From the NCBI GenBank assembly GCA_007376135.1, contig VMFR01000001.1:452360-516359 (forward strand): a stretch of DNA of 64,000 nt. Reading direction: 5' to 3'. Numbering within the stretch: position 1 is the stretch's first letter; each line of letters opens with the position of its first letter. A program made the position numbers and the translations under genes. Positions 54,740 through 64,000 of the stretch are shown piece after piece. Under the pieces are notes generated by a model that saw nothing but the letters and a program-made list of their open reading frames with translations, was not told where the DNA came from and ran no database searches. Source of the DNA: Parcubacteria group bacterium Gr01-1014_31. Its GTDB lineage: Bacteria > Patescibacteriota > Patescibacteriia > Buchananbacterales > GWA2-38-13.

Positions 54740-55177
54740 TTGGCGAATAGTCGACTTGAGCGGGTCTTTGACGAATTCCGAGCGTTGATTCAAGGTGGCC
54801 GACTGGATGAGGCGAGCGTCTACTGGTGGCTTCTTGAAGCCTCAGGGATTGCCAGCACGCGGCCAATCAAGAAACGCAGGGAGAGCGTCACGGGTCTCGA
54901 AGAATACGATGTCGATGTGCTACGCACCCCCGCCATTCAAATCCCATCCTTCCGATGGTCAGGACGGGCGCAGACCCTGCTCGCCTCCATCGAACGAGAA
55001 CAGGGACAGCCACTCCTCCTCCACCACCTCATCCAATACACCGAAATGGAGCTGATGAGCTTCCGCGGGACGGGCATGACCACAATCAACGAAGTCAGGA
55101 CCAACCTTGCAACCCTCGGGCTAAGCCTCGGTTCCATTATCGGGATCGAACTCGCCAAACGAATCCTCTCCATGTAG
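54740..55177 (+). CDS. stand-alone protein with an RNA polymerase alpha-subunit C-terminal-domain-like (HhH) module
   Basis: C-terminus LIQYTEMELMSFRGTGMTTINEVRTNLATLGLSLGS is close to the RpoA alpha-CTD [35 protein letters not shown]. The N-terminal 90 aa are unrelated. Confidence 0.45.
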   Translation: MANSRLERVFDEFRALIQGGRLDEASVYWWLLEASGIASTRPIKKRRESVTGLEEYDVDVLRTPAIQIPSFRWSGRAQTLLASIEREQGQPLLLHHLIQYTEMELMSFRGTGMTTINEVRTNLATLGLSLGSIIGIELAKRILSM

Positions 55178-55244
55178 CGGTAGCCCCCGAACCTAAGGGC
55201 CGACAGCTACGAACCAGCCGCCACACACAAGTGGCGGTTTTATT

Positions 55245-57653
<2,409 letters not shown>

Positions 57654-57749
57654 AGCAATAAACTACCCGCCGTCTCCTGCCGGCGTTCCTGCTCATTTTA
57701 GCACTGTCTGACCCAGCGGCGCCAACCAATCGTTTCGCTGCTCACTGCG

Positions 57750-57841
57750 GCCGCCAGGTTGAAAATCCGCCGAAAGAAAGCTCCGGGATCGGTTGGAAGT
57801 AGGGTTCGGCAATCAAAATCTTGGGCCACCGGGTAGCCTAT
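57750..57841 (-). pseudogene. remnant copy of the 3' end (last about 30 codons + stop) of the GT-C membrane protein gene
   Basis: Minus strand encodes (AT)RWPKILIAEPYFQPIPELSFGGFSTWRPQ*. The current gene end at 59783-59875 encodes (VI)RWPKRLIAEPYFRQVPELSFGGFSTWRVR*. Differences are mostly synonymous third positions. Confidence 0.55.
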
Positions 57842-58819
57842 TCAGGCGGAACGAATCTGGCCCTGGTAGCGCTGATATGCTTGTTTTTTGAGCAGAAGTC
57901 GTCGCGCCCTTGTTGGGCTATACGCACCTCTTTTTTTTAGTAAATTTATTACGCTATCTCTCCTTGAACGGCTTTTACTCCCCATCGCCAATTTATTTCT
58001 CCCTAATTTCAAGCCGAGATGCTCGGCCCCGCTAGCGTAGGTGCGTATTTTCGTTTTTGCAGGGTTTACTGGAAGTCTCTGATTATTATCAAAATCAGAA
58101 AGGATTTTTTCCACTATTTTTACGACTGCCGAAATTTTTTCCTGGCTCACTCTGCTTGCGCTGATACCTATGTCGTCTATAAAAATCGCCACTCGAGGAT
58201 CATATTTTTTAAGGAGCTTTTTTACTTCCCGATCAAGGTGAATAAAGGTATCTAAATTACACCACACGGCTAATCGAGTAGAGGTTGCGAAACCTCGAGC
58301 AAGAGTTTTTTCTGTAGACATAGAACCCTTTTGGCCAACGGGAACGCAACATAGACTGGCCAATAGCCGTGATGCTCGGGGGCTACAGCCGCATTTTCTA
58401 TAGAAGAAAAAAAATACTCTCTGTTCACGAATCTGTTCAAAAAAATGCGTGATGTCGAGACTAGCTAAAATCCTCCCTCTCTCTTGCCCCAGTAGACTAC
58501 GGGCTGCTTGTATATGACTTCTGCCTGTCATGCCGCCAAAAATATAATTGGGTACGAGACGATCATGAGGTGCAAGAACCTTCTTATCAATCCGTTCGAG
58601 AAGCACGCCCAATGGAGTGCGGGCCGCACTACGCACAAACTTTCCTCTGTTAGGTTGAGAATTCTCGCTATTATCGCGCCAGTAATAATCAAAGTTACGA
58701 ATCACATCATTAATGAGTGTCAGTGCCTGCGGATAAGGTAAGGCGCTATCGCTAATCGTTTTTGCCAACTCATTCTTGCTACCAATCCTCAATCGCGGGT
58801 ATCGCGGACGGCTAAACAT
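57842..58819 (-). CDS. reverse transcriptase (retron/defence-associated RT-like, 325 aa), AT-rich
   Basis: RT motifs: IFGGMTGRSHIQAARSLL (2a), LDITHFFEQI (3), CVPVGQKGSMS (4, LPQGxxxSP-like), RVAIFIDDIGIS (5, xxDD), and NPAKTKI (6). No maturase or endonuclease domain. Confidence 0.7.
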   Translation of the reverse strand: MFSRPRYPRLRIGSKNELAKTISDSALPYPQALTLINDVIRNFDYYWRDNSENSQPNRGKFVRSAARTPLGVLLERIDKKVLAPHDRLVPNYIFGGMTGRSHIQAARSLLGQERGRILASLDITHFFEQIREQRVFFFFYRKCGCSPRASRLLASLCCVPVGQKGSMSTEKTLARGFATSTRLAVWCNLDTFIHLDREVKKLLKKYDPRVAIFIDDIGISASRVSQEKISAVVKIVEKILSDFDNNQRLPVNPAKTKIRTYASGAEHLGLKLGRNKLAMGSKSRSRRDSVINLLKKRGAYSPTRARRLLLKKQAYQRYQGQIRSA

Positions 58820-59135
58820 AGCGCTTTAAATATTTTGCCCTCACATCGATCAGATACAGCTGTAGTTGACTACCAACGTCAATCAGCGATTTTTCTAGCT
58901 GGGATAATTTTTTTGTGGATGAGGGACTATCGAGCAACAAGAACGGCGTAATCGAACTGGGTTGTACACCCAATTTGTCAGCAAGTTTGATGATAAAATT
59001 TTTGGATACCTCTTTTTGACCCGATTCGATCATCGCAACAAGGACAGTTGATACACCTAAAACATTGGCAAATTCACTCTGCGTTAAATCACTTTCATCC
59101 CGAATTTTTTTTATCAACTCCGGTAGAGTATACAT
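58812..59135 (-). CDS. XRE-family helix-turn-helix protein
   Basis: LTQSEFANVLGVSTVLVAMIESGQK is the Cro/C1-type HTH. Overlaps the RT start by 8 nt. Confidence 0.7.
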   Translation of the reverse strand: MYTLPELIKKIRDESDLTQSEFANVLGVSTVLVAMIESGQKEVSKNFIIKLADKLGVQPSSITPFLLLDSPSSTKKLSQLEKSLIDVGSQLQLYLIDVRAKYLKRYV

Positions 59136-59149
59136 AATGTAAATATGAC

Positions 59150-59600
59150 TAAGGGGTGGCTACATGAACCGCATGATGTCCATCACGATGCGAATGATCC
59201 AGATAATGATCCGAATGATTCGCAGAATGTAGACCAGCATACGTGCTAGCCACCCCTACACACGGAACGCCCAGACTAGAGTTTAGATTGGAGAAATGAG
59301 TTGCATTCATAGATAAGGGGTTTATTAATTAACCGACCTTTACCCAGGTGACTGATTACTCCAAAGCTTATGGCCATTTATTCCGAAATGCGGCGTTCCG
59401 GCGGAACTCACGGCCATAAGCTGTGAGCAATCATTAGACATCGACCTAATATCTTACAAGCACTTCCCTGCCCCTCGTCCTCCCCATCATCTCCTACACA
59501 TCTACTGGTTGTTTTTTTGAGGCAGATACTTTCGCTTGAGACAGCACCCGGGATTCCCCGGGGCAATAATTCATCCCCCCTACGGCACTAGCAGGAGAGA
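59150..59600 (-). ncRNA. candidate structured non-coding RNA region upstream of the HTH-RT operon (retron msr/msd-like or RT-associated ncRNA)
   Basis: 11-bp inverted repeat AGGGGTGGCTA…TAGCCACCCCT (59151-61 and 59247-57) brackets GGATCATT repeats. Further hairpins: GCTTATGGCC…GGCCATAAGC with an inner GTTCC-GGC-GGAAC; CCCGGG-attc-CCCGGG; AGACAC-ttaac-GTGTCT. No ORF of at least 60 aa with a plausible start. Confidence 0.35.
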
Positions 59601-59782
59601 GATCCAGACACTTAACGTGTCTAAAATCATCGGATTCAACGGCCATCACTCTACTCCGTTTTCAATGTACCGTGATTGAATCATATACTTTTCGTATATG
59701 AATGTCAACTGACTTATCCACAGAGCAAAACACGAGCTAGGGTGCCGCGAAGAGTAAAAATATTGACTTTGGTAAGAACATT

Positions 59783-61537
59783 TTACCTCACCCGCCAGGT
59801 AGAAAACCCACCAAAGGAAAGCTCGGGTACTTGCCGGAAGTACGGTTCAGCGATCAACCGCTTCGGCCAGCGGATGACCTCTTCGCGGCCGCCGTTCGGA
59901 TAGTCGTCGAGCCACAGGTACAGGAGGTAGTCGTCCCCGTCGCCGTACAGGATGAGTTGTTCGATGGGATCAAATACGTTCTTGCGGTGGAACCACTCGG
60001 AAAATTGCGCCGGGGTTTTCGCCAGCGCGAGTATGCGCAGATAGCGGAGGCGCTCGGAGAATCGGGCGGCCGGATGCGAGTAGTGCTGATTGTAGGAAAT
60101 GAACTGTGGCAGCGCAACCTGCGCCTGGAGCGGCGGGAAGAAACTCAAGGCCGTCCTCTTGGCGTCCTCCGGATGCGTGCGGAAATAGTCAGCAAAACGG
60201 GCGGCGGTAACGCTCCCCTGCCGCACTGCTGCTAAGCGCACGGCGGTGGACTCCTGGTCCAGCCACAGGCCGAACGGCAGCGATACGGCAATCGCGATCC
60301 AGGCGAGCAAAAATTTCGTCGCCCCCGTCTGCGGAACGGCGGCCGAAAATCGTTCCCGCAAGACCGCGGCAACGCGGGTGAAACCCTGGGCGGGTGCGCT
60401 TCCCGCGATCCAGACGGTCAGTCCATAGGCGGCGCCGTACGCCAGAATAATCTCCCCGAAAAACGTAAAGCCGCGCGCGCCCTGGAACGGCGCGTCGCCA
60501 AACATCGTCGCTACCAGCGTAACGGCCTGCCAGACGTAACACCCCAACAGCAGCTGCAGCGCGGGACGGATCAGCGGCCGCCGGCGATACGCGACCAACG
60601 CGACCAGCCCGACCCAGAGCCAGGCGCTGCGGGGCGTGAACTCCACGGGCGGAAAAAAATTGAGATCCGAGGCGATAAAGAACGCCGGCTGCCAATTCTC
60701 CATCCCATGCCGGACGTAGCTTGCCGCCAACGGCCACCAGTACCAGAGGGACCCCAAGGCGACAACACCCCCGATCGCTCCCCAGGAAACAAGCTCGCGC
60801 GCCAGCGACCGCGGATTCCGCCAGGGCAAGAACGTCAGCACCGCGATGCCGACCATCACAAACCACAGGTAGTACGTCGTGAACAACGCCGCCCCCAGTA
60901 CCCCGATGGCTAGCATGTGCAGCAACTGCCGCTCGCTGCCCGCCAAAAAACGCCGCACCACGGTGAACCACAAGAGAACCCCCAAAGCGGAGGCAAACTC
61001 ATACGGTTTGGCCAGCACCGACGGAAAATCCACGGCCAGGAACGGGGTGAGCGTCAACAGCAGCGGAAAGAGCGGATTGGCGATGGGCCCGTCCGAGTCA
61101 CGCCGGACCGTGCGCCAAAACCACCAGGAAAGCAGCGGAATGACGAGGGACGCAATGACCCCGGCAAGCTTGGCCGCCCCAACCCCCGTCAGACCAAACA
61201 TTCGGGCGATGCCGCCGATCGAATAAAACCACAGCGGCGGATAAAACGCCGGCAATTTGGCATACGTAAGATCATGCCCGATGCCGTCGGTAATGACCCG
61301 CTGGTAGAACGCCGTGGTCAACGCTTCGTCCCCCTGCAAGCCGCCGAACGGCAGAGGGGTTTGCCAGAGTATGACCACCTGCAGGGTAACGATGGCAGCG
61401 ATCACCGCACCCGCCGCCAGCAGGCATCGCCGCGCGATCTTGCGATTCGTCCATAGGCCCACCCCAAGCACAGCAAACAACAGCATCTTGCCGAACGCGA
61501 GGATATGAATCGTGGACGGCTGGAACGGTGGCAGCAT
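59783..61537 (-). CDS. polytopic membrane protein, GT-C-fold glycosyl/arabinofuranosyltransferase-like
   Basis: About 12 TM helices then a soluble C-terminal domain. Weak resemblance to AftA/GT39-type transferases. Its 3' end is duplicated downstream of the RT cassette. Confidence 0.4.
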   Translation of the reverse strand: MLPPFQPSTIHILAFGKMLLFAVLGVGLWTNRKIARRCLLAAGAVIAAIVTLQVVILWQTPLPFGGLQGDEALTTAFYQRVITDGIGHDLTYAKLPAFYPPLWFYSIGGIARMFGLTGVGAAKLAGVIASLVIPLLSWWFWRTVRRDSDGPIANPLFPLLLTLTPFLAVDFPSVLAKPYEFASALGVLLWFTVVRRFLAGSERQLLHMLAIGVLGAALFTTYYLWFVMVGIAVLTFLPWRNPRSLARELVSWGAIGGVVALGSLWYWWPLAASYVRHGMENWQPAFFIASDLNFFPPVEFTPRSAWLWVGLVALVAYRRRPLIRPALQLLLGCYVWQAVTLVATMFGDAPFQGARGFTFFGEIILAYGAAYGLTVWIAGSAPAQGFTRVAAVLRERFSAAVPQTGATKFLLAWIAIAVSLPFGLWLDQESTAVRLAAVRQGSVTAARFADYFRTHPEDAKRTALSFFPPLQAQVALPQFISYNQHYSHPAARFSERLRYLRILALAKTPAQFSEWFHRKNVFDPIEQLILYGDGDDYLLYLWLDDYPNGGREEVIRWPKRLIAEPYFRQVPELSFGGFSTWRVR

Positions 61538-61539
61538 TA

Positions 61540-62058
61540 TTATTTTTCTGACGGGTAAAAACGCGCTTGATTGGCGTAGAGCCAGGAAAAACAGGGTGGC
61601 ACCTGGGGATGGACCCGAAAGCCGCCCTCCACCAGTGCACGGGCTGATTCTAGGTCATAGAACTCCCCGTACGCAACTTCGCCGTCTGCGAATTGAAATC
61701 CCTCACCCGCAAAGGCAACAAAAAGCTGGACAAAGCGCTGGTGGCCCTGGTCTGAATAGACGAATGCATGAGCCGCCGACAGCGGGACCGTGAGGCCTAA
61801 TTCTTCACGCAACTCTCTGGCCGCGGCCGCAGCATACGATTCGCCGCTGCGCACATGGCCGCCGGCGGATGTGCACCAGTAGCCGGGGAGGTAGGATTTT
61901 GTTTCCGCGCGGCGCTGCAGATAGACCGCACGACGTTCCGGATGCAAGACGAGCACATGCACGACACGGTGCCCAAGTTTACGGCGGTATACCTCCCCCA
62001 TCTCGGCCTGGCCGATGACCACGTCGCGCGCATCCACAATATCCAAGACTTCCGGCAT
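61540..62058 (-). CDS. NUDIX hydrolase
   Basis: Nudix box GGHVRSGESYAAAAARELREELGL. Confidence 0.75.
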   Translation of the reverse strand: MPEVLDIVDARDVVIGQAEMGEVYRRKLGHRVVHVLVLHPERRAVYLQRRAETKSYLPGYWCTSAGGHVRSGESYAAAAARELREELGLTVPLSAAHAFVYSDQGHQRFVQLFVAFAGEGFQFADGEVAYGEFYDLESARALVEGGFRVHPQVPPCFSWLYANQARFYPSEK

Positions 62059-62069
62059 ACGACTCCGGG

Positions 62070-62639
62070 TCAGCGGGTAGCCTCGTAGACCGACAGCGGC
62101 GGCAGGTTGGGCCAGACCCGCCGGGCAACGACCCGCGGGAACACCACCCGCAAATGCGCGCCCACCTGCGGCGAGAATTGGTACACGATGAACACCCCGC
62201 CGGGCTTCAGGGCGGCAGCGACCTGGCGCATGATGGCTTCCTGCCGATGCCCGGGGAAAAAACTGAACGGAATGCCCGAGATGGCCGCATCCGCCGGCGG
62301 AAATCCGCGGGCGGAAAGCAGCTCGGACAGATGCTCGGCGGAATCCTGCACGACCGTGAGGCGCGGGTCATGCCACGCGTTGAGCGTCGCGACAAACGTC
62401 GGGTTCAGATCGACGGCCAGCACCCGGCTGTCGGCAGTCATTTGAGACAGCAGGTAACGGGTGAACGCCCCGTTGCCCGGACCCAGCTCGACCACGTTGA
62501 GCGGACGCGAAAAGTCGAGCGGACGGCAGACTTGGACGACGGCACGGGGCGAGGTCGGCACCACCGACGCGATCTTGCCGTCACGCAAAAACGTTCGAAA
62601 AAATTGCCAGCGGCTAGGGTTACTGGGCGTCGCACTCAT
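62070..62639 (-). CDS. class I SAM-dependent methyltransferase
   Basis: Motif I VVELGPGNGAFT and motif II region. Start trimmed to avoid a long overlap with ribD. Confidence 0.55.
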   Translation of the reverse strand: MSATPSNPSRWQFFRTFLRDGKIASVVPTSPRAVVQVCRPLDFSRPLNVVELGPGNGAFTRYLLSQMTADSRVLAVDLNPTFVATLNAWHDPRLTVVQDSAEHLSELLSARGFPPADAAISGIPFSFFPGHRQEAIMRQVAAALKPGGVFIVYQFSPQVGAHLRVVFPRVVARRVWPNLPPLSVYEATR

Positions 62640-63675
62640 ATAAGGCGTCAGGTCCGAAAAATTGCGGGTTGGTACGGTCCAGGCAGCGGTGCAACGGTAC
62701 AAGGTCGGTCAGGGCGTCCACGCCGGTATGGCCGAGCGGGCGCGAGGCGACAAAGATGTACCAACGGCGGATGAGGCCGGCGCGGGTAAAACTGTCGAGC
62801 ACTTCCCTGCCCCCCTCCACCAAAAGACTAGAAATTTCGTGCTGGGCGCACCACGTCAGAACTTCCGCGACGTTGACCCGCCCTTCCTGACGGTCGGTCA
62901 CCAGCACCGGGATACCGGACTGGCGCAGGCCGGCAAGCACGGCCGGGTCGGCATCCTGGGTCGTTGCAACGAGCACGTTCTGGTCGGCCAGCGCCTTGGA
63001 ACCGAGCGGCAACTTGAGCGTGCTGTCCAAAATGATGCGGCGCGGGTCGCGCGGGCGTTCCGGATAGTGGCGGACCGTCAACGCGGGGTCGTCGGTGATG
63101 ACCGTGCCGGCGCCGACCAGGATGGCATCATGGGTCTGGCGCAATTCGTGGGCCTTGCGCTGCGCCTCCTCCCCCGTGATGTGCGTGCGCACGCCGGGCG
63201 CGGCGGCGATCTTCCAATCGCTGCCGATGGCAATTTTGGCGGCGATGTAGGGCGTGCCCGTGGTGATCCAGTGGATAAAGATGCGGTTGAGGGCGCGGCA
63301 TTCTGCCTCGCGCACGCCGACCGTCACGCGGATGCCCGCTTGGCGCAATTTGGCAATGCCCCGGCCCGAAACCTTCGGATTGGGGTCCACCATGCCGACC
63401 ACCACCCGCTTGATGCCGGCGGCAATGATCGCGTCGGTGCAGGGCGGCGTTCTGCCCTGATGGTCGCAGGGCTCCAAATTGACGTACAGGGTCGCCCCGC
63501 GGACCGGCGTTTTCGCGCGCGTAAACGCTGCGGCTTCCGCGTGCGCGCCGCCGAGCTTTTCATGGAAACCATCGGCAATGACGGTCCTGCCGCGCGCGAT
63601 CACCGCCCCCACCAGGGGGTTGGGCGACACCCAGCCCAAACCGCGACGCGCCAATAGCAGGCAGCGCCCCATCAT
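62620..63675 (-). CDS. ribD: bifunctional riboflavin biosynthesis protein RibD (deaminase/reductase)
   Basis: CMP/dCMP deaminase motif HAEAAA…LEPCDHQGRTPPC and a C-terminal RibD reductase domain. Start trimmed to MMGRCLLLARRG. Confidence 0.8.
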   Translation of the reverse strand: MMGRCLLLARRGLGWVSPNPLVGAVIARGRTVIADGFHEKLGGAHAEAAAFTRAKTPVRGATLYVNLEPCDHQGRTPPCTDAIIAAGIKRVVVGMVDPNPKVSGRGIAKLRQAGIRVTVGVREAECRALNRIFIHWITTGTPYIAAKIAIGSDWKIAAAPGVRTHITGEEAQRKAHELRQTHDAILVGAGTVITDDPALTVRHYPERPRDPRRIILDSTLKLPLGSKALADQNVLVATTQDADPAVLAGLRQSGIPVLVTDRQEGRVNVAEVLTWCAQHEISSLLVEGGREVLDSFTRAGLIRRWYIFVASRPLGHTGVDALTDLVPLHRCLDRTNPQFFGPDALYECDAQ

Positions 63676-63719
63676 CCGCTTGTCTTGTGCACCGTGGAAC
63701 AACATTCTAGGATGGTTAC

Positions 63720-64000
63720 ATGCGCTTGTTTCCTCCGGTGCGCGCGATGCTGTTCGACTGGAACGGTACGCTGCTAGCCGACCTTCCGGCGGCCTACCGC
63801 GCCTGGATGGCGTGTTTTAGGCTACTCGGTCGGCCGGAAATCACGCTCGCGGAATTCCGCCGCACCTACGCACTGCCCTGGCAGGCATTCTACCGCCGCC
63901 ATGGGGTCTCCGCCAGGCAACTGCGGCGCGAAGGGAAACGGCTTGCCGCGCGCCATCGGCTCGCGTACGGCACCCCGCCCTTCGCTCCCGGCGCACGGCA
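63720..64000 (+). CDS. HAD-superfamily hydrolase (partial, runs off the window end)
   Basis: MRLFPPVRAMLFDWNGTLLADL (DxDGTL-type motif I). Open to the window end. Confidence 0.45.
   Translation, partial: MRLFPPVRAMLFDWNGTLLADLPAAYRAWMACFRLLGRPEITLAEFRRTYALPWQAFYRRHGVSARQLRREGKRLAARHRLAYGTPPFAPGAR

Noticed and set aside
57750-59875. Diversity-generating retroelement (template repeat/variable repeat pair) interpretation of the two ~90-nt repeats next to the RT
   Set aside because: Differences between the repeats are spread over synonymous third-codon positions rather than concentrated at adenine positions of one copy. Both copies keep an intact reading frame and stop. This fits a displaced or duplicated gene end (attachment-site-like), not A-to-N mutagenic homing. 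The RT motif 4 also lacks the DGR-typical (I/V/L)GxxxSQ.
59676-59903. Small plus-strand ORFs inside the RT-upstream non-coding region (including the 22-aa MNRMMSITMRMIQIMIRMIRRM mini-ORF at about 59166-59234)
   Set aside because: There is no SD and the composition is driven by ATGAT-type nucleotide repeats. The region is better explained as structured RNA.

Overview
This is a high-GC (~65-70%) bacterial chromosomal segment, almost all genes on the minus strand. Coordinates of hand-located RNA and repeat features may be off by 1-2 nt. From the low-coordinate end it contains a type IV pilin-like cluster and a tRNA/rpmG cluster littered with partial tRNA copies and a GIY-YIG gene. Next come glycolysis and housekeeping genes (fbaA, tpiA, dacA-like, scpAB, aspS, recO, ruvX). 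A long contiguous ribosomal super-operon follows, running from rpsL-rpsG-fusA-tuf through rpsJ...rplO-secY-adk-map. It lacks rpmD (L30), as in CPR/Patescibacteria-like lineages, and a GT39-like membrane glycosyltransferase gene sits between secY and adk. After that come a MacAB-like ABC efflux trio and a tRNA-Pro locus full of inverted repeats, then a translationally coupled cassette of one stand-alone PPDK_N-type ATP-grasp protein plus four tandem paralogs that each carry a C-terminal PEP-utilising phospho-histidine swivel domain, followed by pentose-phosphate genes (pgi, tkt, a zwf-gnd fusion). The window ends with an AT-rich reverse-transcriptase + HTH cassette inserted at the 3' end of a membrane glycosyltransferase-like gene, then NUDIX, methyltransferase, ribD and a partial HAD hydrolase. 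The most interesting signals are: the split RPH/PEPS-like dikinase battery, including one AT-rich paralog; the RT-HTH cassette flanked by diverged direct repeats that both encode the host gene C-terminus, with a structured upstream non-coding region; three inverted-repeat-bracketed intergenic elements that abut start codons and extend the TPI C-terminus; an AT-rich TCGA-containing 9-nt repeat shared between the rplF-rpsH spacer and an in-frame segment of fusA; and partial tRNA duplications plus a MITE-like insertion near tRNA genes.
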